64,000 nt of DNA from Spirochaetia bacterium (lineage in GTDB: Bacteria > Spirochaetota > Spirochaetia > WTKD01 > G963693115), in contig CBDDCA010000006.1 in the NCBI GenBank assembly GCA_965226055.1, positions 640,001 through 704,000 on the forward strand, given 5' to 3'. Each line of letters opens with the position of its first letter. Within the stretch, counting starts at the first letter, position 1. Below, piece after piece: positions 22,062-31,534 of this stretch. The translations under genes and the position numbers were made by a program. The notes under the pieces are model-generated. The model was given only the letters and a program-made list of their open reading frames with translations. It did no database searches and had not been told where the DNA came from.

Positions 22062-22090
22062 ATTTTACCATTATTTTGATATTATGTCAA
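22062..22090 (-). promoter_or_regulatory. Near-consensus sigma70 promoter for the Panacea-cyclase operon
   Basis: TTGACA-17 nt-TAAAAT with TGn extension on the minus strand. Confidence 0.75.
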
Positions 22091-22368
22091 TATTTATTGC
22101 ATTATTTAAAATAAATGTAAAGTATTGTATACAATTATTTTAAATTCTCTATCTTTTCTAGCTATTTTAATTTAATTATATCTATATTTAGTATCGATTT
22201 TAATGGGATCTATCTTTAATATTTTTTAGTATCTCGCTATATTTCTTTAATTGTTTCTTTGAATAAATTTTAAAAAATTTTATTTTAAAAACTCAAGAAC
22301 CAAGTGCATCATGAAAGGCTTTCAAAAATAGGACTCACATAAGGGCTATATTGCTATACTACTATTAG

Positions 22369-23514
22369 ATGAGTAAACAAGACAAAAAATCAGCGTCTAC
22401 CCCCCCCCCCCCCCCCCCCATACGTTTCAAGCAGGATGATGGCTCTGATTTTCCTGATTGGCAAGAGAGGAGGCTGGGGGAGCTTTGTTGTATTAAGACT
22501 GGAAAACTTGATGCAAACGCTATGGTAAAAAATGGAAAATATCGTTTCTATACTTGTGCAAAAGATTTTTTCCAAATTGATACATATGAATTTGATACTG
22601 ATGCGTTAATTATTTCAGGAAATGGAGCAAATGTTGGGTATATTCATCACTTCAATGGAAAATTTAATGCTTACCAAAGAACTTATGTTTTAGATGGTTT
22701 TACTGATTCTATTTATTACATCAGACATTTCTTAGATAAATATTTATATAAAATAATCTACAAAGAAAAGAGAGAGGGGGTAACTCCATATATTGTTATG
22801 TCAACCTTAACAAGAATGAAAATAAAACTCCCTTCCTTGCCTGAACAACAAAAGATAGCATCTTTTCTGCAGAGTGTAGACACAAAGATACAGCTCCTTG
22901 AAAGAAAAGTAGTGCTGTTGCAGTCATACAAAAAAGGCGTCATGCAAAAACTCTTTTCACAGGAGCTACGCTTTAAGGACGAGCAAGGAAACGAGTACCC
23001 CGATTGGGAAGAGAAGCGATTGGGAGAGATTTTAGAATATGAACAACCTACAAAATATATTGTTGATTCTTCAAAATATAGCGATAATTATAGTATACCT
23101 GTTTTGACAGCTGGCAAAACTTTTATACTAGGATATACTAACGAAACTTATGGGGTGTTTACAAATCATCCAGTTATTATTTTTGATGATTTTACTACTG
23201 TGAGTAAGTTTGTAGATTTTGATTTTAAGGTTAAGTCATCTGCCATGAAAATATTGAAATTAAGAAAGAATGTACAAGCTAATATAAAGTTAATATATGA
23301 ATGTATGCAAAAAATAAATTTCTCATTAAAAGGGCATAAAAGATATTGGATTTCAGAATATCAACATATAACTATTTCTTTTCCTTCCTTCCTCGAACAA
23401 CAAAAGATAGCCTCTTTTCTGCAGAGCCTAGACACAAAAATATCGCTTACACAGAAACAAGTAGTCCTTACAAAGCTGTATAAGAAAGGCTTACTACAAA
23501 GGATGTTTGTGTAA
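22369..23514 (+). CDS. hsdS: Type I restriction-modification specificity subunit (orphan in this window)
   Basis: Two TRDs flanked by repeated RFK...PDWE.RLGE and PS..EQQKIASFL...KKG.(M/L)Q..F conserved regions. Confidence 0.93.
   Translation: MSKQDKKSASTPPPPPPIRFKQDDGSDFPDWQERRLGELCCIKTGKLDANAMVKNGKYRFYTCAKDFFQIDTYEFDTDALIISGNGANVGYIHHFNGKFNAYQRTYVLDGFTDSIYYIRHFLDKYLYKIIYKEKREGVTPYIVMSTLTRMKIKLPSLPEQQKIASFLQSVDTKIQLLERKVVLLQSYKKGVMQKLFSQELRFKDEQGNEYPDWEEKRLGEILEYEQPTKYIVDSSKYSDNYSIPVLTAGKTFILGYTNETYGVFTNHPVIIFDDFTTVSKFVDFDFKVKSSAMKILKLRKNVQANIKLIYECMQKINFSLKGHKRYWISEYQHITISFPSFLEQQKIASFLQSLDTKISLTQKQVVLTKLYKKGLLQRMFV
22400..22419 (+). repeat. C20 homopolymer in hsdS 5' end
   Basis: acc ccc ccc ccc ccc ccc ccc ata, encoding T-P6-I, in frame. 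Confidence 0.95.
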
Positions 23515-23568
23515 AAAGTATTGGCACAGACAATCAATCAAAAAAATATTTTTCCTTGTATTATTGAT

Positions 23569-24282
23569 ATGAACGCACTCAACAAAAAGTACTCAACAGT
23601 ATATAAACACTCACCCTCAACACCATTACCTCGTGAAAAGCTATTAGAGGGGAGTGTGCAATCACTTTCAGATACAGAATTACTTGCTTTATTATTAGGA
23701 AGTGGCACAAAAAACTATTCTATTTTTTCTATTGCAAAACAACTTTTAGAAAAACTAGACTCTTATAGAGCATCCGATATCAGCATAAAACATTTATTGC
23801 GTATCAATGGCTTAGGAAAAGCAAAAGCAATGGCAGTACTCGCAGCCTTAGAAATAGGAAGAAGAAGATTTATTCCTAGAAAATGGAGAGTAAAATGTCC
23901 TTTAGAAATCTTGCCTTTACTTTCACATTACTCTGACAGAGATCAAGAACATTTTATTGTTATCACCCTAAATGGAGCAAACGAAGTACTGTCAAAGCAT
24001 GTAGTATCTGTTGGCTTACTCAACAAAACATTGGTACATCCTAGAGAAGTGTTTACATTTGCAGTACAAGATCATGCCGTATCGGTAATACTAGCACACA
24101 ATCATCCAAGTGGAAATGTAGAACCAAGCATTGAAGATATTGAAGTTACTCAAACCCTTGTAAAAGCAGGAAACATTCTCAATATTACAGTGCTTGATCA
24201 TATTATTTTTTACATAACCAATTATTACAGTTTCTATGGCGAAGGAAAATTGGAAGAAATAGAAAACAATGCGAATCTTTAG
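23569..24282 (+). CDS. radC: RadC/JAB domain protein (track start TTG 23521)
   Basis: PREKL..LSDTELLALLLGSG, VHPREVF, HNHPSG..PS.ED, LDHII. Confidence 0.93.
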   Translation: MNALNKKYSTVYKHSPSTPLPREKLLEGSVQSLSDTELLALLLGSGTKNYSIFSIAKQLLEKLDSYRASDISIKHLLRINGLGKAKAMAVLAALEIGRRRFIPRKWRVKCPLEILPLLSHYSDRDQEHFIVITLNGANEVLSKHVVSVGLLNKTLVHPREVFTFAVQDHAVSVILAHNHPSGNVEPSIEDIEVTQTLVKAGNILNITVLDHIIFYITNYYSFYGEGKLEEIENNANL

Positions 24283-24395
24283 AAATTATTCCTTGTATAA
24301 AAAACAGTATAAAAATAACACCTTGTATCTATGAAAATAGTACAATATTTTTATCTATCAAACATAGTAAAAGTACAGTATAATAACACATAGAT

Positions 24396-25985
24396 ATGAA
24401 AATATTAATTGCAGACGCTATGAGCAACAAAGCCGAAGATATTTTTTCTTCATTTTCTTCATCCTCACATCCGTTACAAGTACTACGAAAAGAAGGACTT
24501 TCAGAATCAGAGCTTATACAAGAAATCGTACACTATGACGCCCTTGTGGTACGCTCATCAACAAAAGTAACAAAAGCAATCATAGAAGCAGGTTCCAAGC
24601 TAAAAGTAATAGGAAGAGCAGGAATAGGGATAGATAACATTGATGTAAAAGCAGCGACTTCACAAGGAGTAGTGGTTATGAACGCTCCATTTGGCAATTC
24701 TATCACTACCGCAGAACATGCACTTTCATTATTATTAAGTACTGCCCGCCATATTCCGTATGCAAATACTACTACCCATAAAGGCCATTGGGAAAAAAAT
24801 ACCATAAAAGGAGTGGAAATACAAGGAAAAACGCTTGGAATAATTGGGTGCGGAAACATTGGAAAAATTGTTGCAAAAAAAGCTATAGGCTTTGGTATGA
24901 AAGTCATAGCATATGATCCATTTCTTGCTGAAGAAAATGCCCAAAGGCTTGATATACAACTATTAGATTTTGAAACTGTTATGTCACATGCAGACTTCAT
25001 AACATGTCATTTACCCCTTAATGAAAAAACAAGACACATTATAAACAACGAAAGCCTTGCTTTGACAAAAAAAGGAGTGCGTATCATTAACTGTTCGCGC
25101 GGTGGCATTGTAGATGAAAAGGCACTTCTCTCACACTTACAAAACAATCATGTTGCAGGGGCAGCACTTGATGTATTTGAGCAAGAACCACTCCCAAAAG
25201 ACAGCCCTCTGTTTCACACAAAAAATCTTATCTTAACTCCTCATTTAGGAGGATCCACTGTCGAAGCACAGGAAAAAGTAGTAGAAGAAATAGCAAAACA
25301 AATAAGCAATTATTTAATCAATGGTGCTATCAAAAATGCAGTGAATACCATATCTCTTTCTGCTCAACAAAACAAAGAAATTGCTCCGTATCAACAACTA
25401 GCAAAACACTTATCTGCTTTTTTAGGACAGATTATTACTCAAGGTATTTCAAAAATCATTATTGAATATTATGGAGACATTCTTCGTTTACCAACAAGTA
25501 TACTATCACAAACAATTATATACGGTATTGTATCTCCTAATATTTCTGAAATACATGCCATGAATGCAATTACAAAAGCACAAGAGCGTGGTATACATAT
25601 AGAAAGTCATAATATAGAAGAATCACAAGAATATCACTCTCTTATCAATATTCGTGTATATACAGAATCGTCCTGTTATTCAATAGCAGGCACCTTATTT
25701 ACTGTGCTTCCACGTATTGTAAAAGTAAGAGATATTGCTATAGAAGCTCATTTAGGAAAGCATAATCTCTATGTTATCAATAAAGATGCCCCTGGATTTA
25801 TCACTACTATTACTCAAATTTTAGCAAAAAATAACATTAACATTGCATCGTTCCATTTAGGAAGAAAAAATAAAGGAGAAGAAGCCGCCTCTATCATTGT
25901 ATGCGATGAAGAAATTAGCTCAGAGCTATTAGAAGAAATACAACAGCTTCCTTTAGTATCCTTTTGTCGTTGCATTTACCTGTAA
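24396..25985 (+). CDS. serA: D-3-phosphoglycerate dehydrogenase
   Basis: GRAGIGIDNID, GCGNIG, TPHLGGST.EAQ, C-terminal ACT. Confidence 0.95.
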   Translation: MKILIADAMSNKAEDIFSSFSSSSHPLQVLRKEGLSESELIQEIVHYDALVVRSSTKVTKAIIEAGSKLKVIGRAGIGIDNIDVKAATSQGVVVMNAPFGNSITTAEHALSLLLSTARHIPYANTTTHKGHWEKNTIKGVEIQGKTLGIIGCGNIGKIVAKKAIGFGMKVIAYDPFLAEENAQRLDIQLLDFETVMSHADFITCHLPLNEKTRHIINNESLALTKKGVRIINCSRGGIVDEKALLSHLQNNHVAGAALDVFEQEPLPKDSPLFHTKNLILTPHLGGSTVEAQEKVVEEIAKQISNYLINGAIKNAVNTISLSAQQNKEIAPYQQLAKHLSAFLGQIITQGISKIIIEYYGDILRLPTSILSQTIIYGIVSPNISEIHAMNAITKAQERGIHIESHNIEESQEYHSLINIRVYTESSCYSIAGTLFTVLPRIVKVRDIAIEAHLGKHNLYVINKDAPGFITTITQILAKNNINIASFHLGRKNKGEEAASIIVCDEEISSELLEEIQQLPLVSFCRCIYL

Positions 25986-26005
25986 GATATATTACAATAA
26001 CAAAA

Positions 26006-26398
26006 CTAACGCTTTACATTGAAAGAAACTTCTTTTATTAAAAACTCCCCATCAGGTATATCAAAAGATTCTAAGCCAATACTTTTTCCCAGAGCAAGCC
26101 AATCTATTGTCTGTAACAATGTATTACATATGCTTTTAATTGTTTGTGTTTTCATTGATAGTACAAAAAGGTATTGTGGATCAACAACATCTATAAAAAG
26201 CACGGTATTCTTAACATTAGAAATTTCAATAGTATTACTTTTTTGATATATTTCATTTTCAATTATATGCTGTACTATCGTATGCCAATTTTTAAGTAAA
26301 GCAGTAAACAGAAGAAGATCATATATGTTTATACTATGCTTTACTGGTTTTATAAGATTTTTATAAAAAGATTGTAACAATGTGTCTTTGGTATTCAT
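26006..26398 (-). CDS. DciA/DUF721 family helicase loader
   Basis: Immediately after recF; W..IV...L.I.V.DP pattern. Confidence 0.65.
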   Translation of the reverse strand: MNTKDTLLQSFYKNLIKPVKHSINIYDLLLFTALLKNWHTIVQHIIENEIYQKSNTIEISNVKNTVLFIDVVDPQYLFVLSMKTQTIKSICNTLLQTIDWLALGKSIGLESFDIPDGEFLIKEVSFNVKR

Positions 26399-26399
26399 A

Positions 26400-27488
26400 C
26401 TATTTTTCTTTTACTGTACCATTTTTGATAAAAAAAGTACGCGAATCAGTAGAAATAACATTTGGTATTGTCTCATTTGGAAGAAAAGTAAAAAAAGCCT
26501 GATTTGTTTTAGGAAGCTCATCAAGAAACCGTAGTTGCTTTTTGCTATCAATTTCAAGAAGAACATCATCAAAAAGATATGTAGGTAACTTGTTTTTGTA
26601 CTGCACATAATATTCTGATTGAGCAATACGAAGAAGCAAACTGAGCAATCGTGTTTGGCCAGTAGAAGCAGTTTGTTTTAGAGGATAGCTATCTAAAAAA
26701 GATACAATTTTATCTCTATGAGGTCCAGAAAGACAGTATTTCGCTTTTATTTCCATATTCATATGATTGTTGATATATGTAAGCGTTTCTTGTTTATTTT
26801 CTGTTTTCCAAGTAGAAACATACTCCGTAGTAACATTTAGTTCTTCTCCTGATATTTTTTTGAATAATGGAACAATACGTTCGCTAATAAACTGAACAAA
26901 CTTTTTTCGATATTGTATAATAGTAGTTCCTACATCAGAAAGCACTGTATTATACGCATATAATACATTTCTATCTATATGAATTTGCTTTAATGCCATA
27001 TTCTTTTGCCGTAAACATCGGTTATACACTTTCAATAGCTCTAAATAAGAAAAAAAACACAACGATAATGTTTGATCAAGAAATTGACGTTGAATGTCAG
27101 TACTTCCAGTAAGAAGAGAAAAATCACCGTGCTTAAATATAATGCAAGGATAATTATCTATAATCTCTTGCCTGCTTTTTACTAAAGAATTATTATAATA
27201 TATTTTTTTCTTTGAATCAGTGTATTCTAGTGAAATAGTATAATCAATACCATGAGAATTTATAAAGGACCCTTTTAATGAATATGCTTTTTCTTTGTGC
27301 TTTATAAGATGATCATCCTTTTGTTTTCGAAACGAAGATCCGTAACTCAAACAATAGAGAGCCTCTAAAAAATTAGTCTTTCCATGTCCATTTTCTCCTA
27401 GCAAAAAAACAGTGCTTGCTTGTTGTATATTTACATCAACAAAGGAGAAGTTTCTAAAATTTATTAGTGTAATATTTTGTAACAACAC
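26400..27488 (-). CDS. recF: DNA replication/repair protein RecF
   Basis: NFRN, GENGHGKTN.LEA, GPHRD, STGQ, DDVLLEID. Confidence 0.95.
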   Translation of the reverse strand: MLLQNITLINFRNFSFVDVNIQQASTVFLLGENGHGKTNFLEALYCLSYGSSFRKQKDDHLIKHKEKAYSLKGSFINSHGIDYTISLEYTDSKKKIYYNNSLVKSRQEIIDNYPCIIFKHGDFSLLTGSTDIQRQFLDQTLSLCFFSYLELLKVYNRCLRQKNMALKQIHIDRNVLYAYNTVLSDVGTTIIQYRKKFVQFISERIVPLFKKISGEELNVTTEYVSTWKTENKQETLTYINNHMNMEIKAKYCLSGPHRDKIVSFLDSYPLKQTASTGQTRLLSLLLRIAQSEYYVQYKNKLPTYLFDDVLLEIDSKKQLRFLDELPKTNQAFFTFLPNETIPNVISTDSRTFFIKNGTVKEK

Positions 27489-27497
27489 TCTCTATGC

Positions 27498-28673
27498 TTA
27501 TATTGCTGTAATAGGCACGGCAAGATGCATAGTATCTTTTTCAGAAGGAGATTGAATTCTGATTAAATCTCTATTTCCTTCACCATAATCAATAGAGATA
27601 TACTCTGATTCTATAACACGTAACGGTTCAATAAGAAAATGAGCTCTAACATTTAAATCTTTTTCTTTTCCTGTAAGTTCACCAGAAATTGTTTCTGTCC
27701 CGTATCCTTTTTCTTTTTCTTCTTTACTAATAATAACAGTATTACTCTGTATAGACAATTTTATCACTGTATCTTTTTTATCATCTGCTATGGAAGATAC
27801 TCGTTCTAAGGCTTGAGTAAACTCTTTTGTGTTCACTTTTACAGAACTGCGTTCTCCTGTAGGGTTTGTTTTTTCTGGAAGTATATTTTCATAGTTGTAA
27901 TATTTCCCAGAAATAATATTAACACTTACAAGAAATCCTTCAAGTAAAAAATATACTCTATTATCTTTTTGCCCTATTTCTACCTCCGTATTTTCTCTTA
28001 TAAGAAGAGATTTTATAAAATTGATTGAACGAGAAGGAATAATAAGATCTACATCATTTGATTTTGCAATTTGCAAATCTATTGGATGTTCTAATTTCAT
28101 TTTGGCTATTGATATTCTGTTTCTATCTGTTGCAACAGCAATAAGATGAGAATCCTTAAAATCAAAAAATATCCCTGTAAGAAATAATGTTGTTGCATTT
28201 GTGTCTGATGATGCAGCAAATACAGTACTTGTTATTATTCGTATTAGTTCTTGTTTATCAACTTTATATTTCTCTTCAGGCATTGGAAGATGAATAGCAG
28301 GATAATCCTCAGCATCTCTTGTTCGAACAGAGAATTCTATTTTATTTGTATCTTTTTCTGGAGTTATAACAACACTTTGTTCCACAAGAGAAAGAGTAAC
28401 AATGCCAGGGGGAAGCGAAGAAAAAACATTGTGTATTTTAGTACCAGGCAATAACATGCTTCCTTCCGATACTATATCCAACTGATTTTCCTTATTAGGA
28501 ACAATAGTAATTTCTAGTGTTGTAAACCTATCAGCAGATTTAATACAAAGTGCGTTTTTTGTCACTTCAAATATAAAATAGGAATAATATACATTGATGT
28601 GTCCATTTTCTGATATTTCCCTTGCATACTGAAAACGATTATAGAGAAAGTCTCTGTCTATCTTAAATACCAT
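27498..28673 (-). CDS. dnaN: DNA polymerase III beta clamp (divergent)
   Basis: VATDRNRI, GKYYNYE..LP, ALERVS; SD AAGGAG; upstream of recF. Confidence 0.9.
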   Translation of the reverse strand: MVFKIDRDFLYNRFQYAREISENGHINVYYSYFIFEVTKNALCIKSADRFTTLEITIVPNKENQLDIVSEGSMLLPGTKIHNVFSSLPPGIVTLSLVEQSVVITPEKDTNKIEFSVRTRDAEDYPAIHLPMPEEKYKVDKQELIRIITSTVFAASSDTNATTLFLTGIFFDFKDSHLIAVATDRNRISIAKMKLEHPIDLQIAKSNDVDLIIPSRSINFIKSLLIRENTEVEIGQKDNRVYFLLEGFLVSVNIISGKYYNYENILPEKTNPTGERSSVKVNTKEFTQALERVSSIADDKKDTVIKLSIQSNTVIISKEEKEKGYGTETISGELTGKEKDLNVRAHFLIEPLRVIESEYISIDYGEGNRDLIRIQSPSEKDTMHLAVPITAI

Positions 28674-29006
28674 TTATTGCTCCTTATATAAAAATGATAG
28701 ATTCTAATTCTATGATTTATTATACACAAGAATACTTATTTTTGTTTACTAAAGTAATTAGATTTTTTTAGTAGATGCATGTTACAAATAGTATAGTTTA
28801 TACTAGTAACATATATATTTAAATATAGTAGTAGTAGTAGTAATTGTAAATTTTAAAGAAATGCTTAAATTTTTGTATAGTAATGAAATAGAATAATACA
28901 ATAATAAGAAAGATTGTTTTTTATTTGTAATATATACAATGAGAATAAAATTTTGTTTGTAAAACAACAAGATTGTTACAAAGAAGCTACAAAGTATTTT
29001 AAGAAA
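28674..29006. other. Probable chromosomal replication origin (oriC)
   Basis: Very AT-rich gap upstream of dnaN; (TAG)5 at 28826-28840 beside an AT-rich tract; DnaA-box match TTATACACA at 28720-28728; parAB and parS nearby. Confidence 0.75.
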
Positions 29007-29939
29007 TTATGAGAGAGAAATATCTAGCTGATGTAAAAGTCTTTGTAAATCGTCTTTATTATAAAAATGTAAAGTAATTTTCCCTTCATTCATATTGCCT
29101 AAAAAGGATACTTTTGTTCCAAATTTTTCTATTAAAAGCTGCTCAATTTCTTTTGTAAAAGAAGAGCTGTGAGAATGAGAAGTATGTGATTTACTTTCCT
29201 TTTTTTTCTCTTTTTGTGTATCTAACGATGCTATTATTGTTTCTGTTTGACGAACATTAAGAGAATGAGAGAGAATTTCATTTAATACGTATAATTGATT
29301 ATTTTTTTCTAAGCCTGAAAGTAACCGAGCATGACTTTGACTTATCTGGCCTGAGTGTACGGCATCTTGAATTTGTGATGGAAGTGTAAGGAGGCGTAAG
29401 GCGTTTGTAATAGCAGGACGACTTTTTCCTAAAAGGCGTGCCGCTTCTTCATGAGTATGAGAGCTAATTTCTATATACGCATTAAGAGATTTTGCAAACT
29501 CTATAGGAGAAAGATCTTCTCTTTGTATATTTTCTGTAAGAGCTGCTTCCATGTTTTTTGTTACGTTAACATGTATAAGGAGGGCAGGGATTTGAGTAAG
29601 CCCTGCTTTTTTAGAAGCTCTCCATCTTCGTTCTCCTGCAATGATAATATACTCTGTTTTGTCTTTTTTTTGTGCTTCTTTTGGAGGAAACGCAATAATT
29701 ATTGGCTGTAGTATTCCATGCTGAGAAATAGAAGAGGCTAGTTCCTCTAGTCGTTCTTCATTAAATAGCGTTCTTGCTTGATACGGGTTAGGAGAAAGAG
29801 AATCTACAGAAACATGTAACAAAGTGTTTTCATGTATTTCTAATGATGAAATCTGTGTATTCTTTTTTTCTGTATCAATTGTTTCGCTTTCTATTAAAGC
29901 TTGTAATCCACGTCCTAATCCTTTTTTTCTTTTTTCCAT
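29007..29939 (-). CDS. parB: Chromosome partitioning protein ParB/Spo0J
   Basis: GLGRGL, PNPYQAR, IIAGERRWRA, ENIQREDL, HTH GKSRPAITNALRLL. Confidence 0.95.
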   Translation of the reverse strand: MEKRKKGLGRGLQALIESETIDTEKKNTQISSLEIHENTLLHVSVDSLSPNPYQARTLFNEERLEELASSISQHGILQPIIIAFPPKEAQKKDKTEYIIIAGERRWRASKKAGLTQIPALLIHVNVTKNMEAALTENIQREDLSPIEFAKSLNAYIEISSHTHEEAARLLGKSRPAITNALRLLTLPSQIQDAVHSGQISQSHARLLSGLEKNNQLYVLNEILSHSLNVRQTETIIASLDTQKEKKKESKSHTSHSHSSSFTKEIEQLLIEKFGTKVSFLGNMNEGKITLHFYNKDDLQRLLHQLDISLS

Positions 29940-30682
29940 CGTAATAGTACCTCTTTTGATAATTGTAAATAACTTTTATACCCTGAACTTTGTGTATCAT
30001 ATAAAAAGATAGATTTGCCATGAGAAGGAGCTTCTGCTATTCGCACATTTCGAGGGATAATAGTTTCAAATACACTTTTTTGGAATACCTTTTTTATCTC
30101 TTTTACTACTTCTATTGACAGATTTGTTCTGCTATCAAACATAGTGAGGATAATTCCTAAAATTCCTAGTGTAGTGTTATATGTTTTCTTTACTAAATTG
30201 ATCGTTTGAACAAGTTTCACTACTCCTTCTAATGCATAAAATTCGCATTGCAATGGAATGATTACTTTCTGTGATGCACATAAGGCGTTAAGAGTAAGAA
30301 TTCCTAATGAAGGTGGACAGTCAAGAAAGATAAGATCAAAATCCTCTTTAAGAGGTGCTACAGTATTTTTTAAGACAGATTCTCTATTTGGCATATGTAT
30401 AAGCTCAACAGAGGCTCCGCTCAAATCTGAGTTAGCAGGAATAATGAAAAGATTCTTTTGTACGGTAGATTGTACTAAAGAGCTTATTTTATCAGATTGT
30501 ACTAATGCATCATATATGGTTTTTTTTTGAGATACAAACCCTAATCCGCTGCTAAGATTTCCTTGAGGATCAAAATCAATTAAAAGAATTTTAAGCCCTA
30601 GTTCTGAAAGGAAAGATCCGATATTTATAGCTGATGTAGTCTTACCTACCCCTCCTTTTTGATTCGAAAAGCAAACTATCAT
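29915..30682 (-). CDS. parA: Chromosome partitioning ATPase ParA/Soj
   Basis: NQKGGVGKTT, DFDPQGN, DCPPSLG, IPRNVRIAEAPSHG. Confidence 0.96.
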   Translation of the reverse strand: MIVCFSNQKGGVGKTTSAINIGSFLSELGLKILLIDFDPQGNLSSGLGFVSQKKTIYDALVQSDKISSLVQSTVQKNLFIIPANSDLSGASVELIHMPNRESVLKNTVAPLKEDFDLIFLDCPPSLGILTLNALCASQKVIIPLQCEFYALEGVVKLVQTINLVKKTYNTTLGILGIILTMFDSRTNLSIEVVKEIKKVFQKSVFETIIPRNVRIAEAPSHGKSIFLYDTQSSGYKSYLQLSKEVLLRWKKEKKD

Positions 30683-30778
30683 ACATGATTATAGTACCAT
30701 GAAAGATACATACATGTCTAACAAATATTTGTCTTTTTTGTATAATAAGTAAATAAAGATAAGAATAAAGGAGATCTT

Positions 30779-31531
30779 ATGAAAAAATTAGTATTATTGA
30801 GTGTATTGTTTTCTGTATTATTTGCTGGCACTATTTTTGCTGGTGGTTCTGGAGAAAAAATATATGTATTTGCAACAGATTCAACATGGCCACCAATGGA
30901 ATTTATCAATGAAGATAAAGAGCTTGTTGGTTTTGATATTGATTTAATGGAAGCTATTGCAAAAGAAGAGAATTTTAAGATAGAGTTTATTTCTACGGGA
31001 TGGGATGGTATTTTTGCAGGACTGCAAAATGGTGAGTATGATGGAATTGCTTCCTCTGTTACCATAACAGAAGAAAGAAAAGATTCAATGGATTTTTCAG
31101 ATCCGTACTTCAATGCAGGGCAATTGTTAGCTATTCGAAAGCAAGATGCAAGTGTAGTAAACGGGCTTGATGATTTATCAGGTAAAATGGTTGGGGTACA
31201 AATTGGAACGTCTGGATCTTTTCTCATAGAAGAGGAATATCCTACTATTATCCTAAAAACATATGATGATTTAGGTCCTGCAGTAGAAGAGCTTGCCCAA
31301 GGAACTATCAACGGAATAGTGGCTGATGTTCCTCTAATAGTAGATTATTTACTCAATAATCAAAAATATGCTGGTGTATTTGTTGCTGTAGGGGATACTT
31401 TAACGTCTGAAGAGTATGGTATTGCTATTCAAAAAGACAATGATGAGTTACGAAATAAGATAAACTCAGGCTTAAAGAAGCTAAGGGATAATGGGGAATA
31501 TGACAAAATTTATGCAAAGTGGATTAAGTAA
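30779..31531 (+). CDS. Polar/basic amino acid ABC transporter substrate-binding protein
   Basis: WPPMEF, GFDIDL, VGVQIGT, EEYGIA; signal peptide. Confidence 0.9.
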   Translation: MKKLVLLSVLFSVLFAGTIFAGGSGEKIYVFATDSTWPPMEFINEDKELVGFDIDLMEAIAKEENFKIEFISTGWDGIFAGLQNGEYDGIASSVTITEERKDSMDFSDPYFNAGQLLAIRKQDASVVNGLDDLSGKMVGVQIGTSGSFLIEEEYPTIILKTYDDLGPAVEELAQGTINGIVADVPLIVDYLLNNQKYAGVFVAVGDTLTSEEYGIAIQKDNDELRNKINSGLKKLRDNGEYDKIYAKWIK

Positions 31532-31534
31532 TTC

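Noticed and set aside
30718-31311. 197-aa minus-strand ORF
   Set aside because: Overlaps the well-supported amino acid SBP gene on the opposite strand; no motifs
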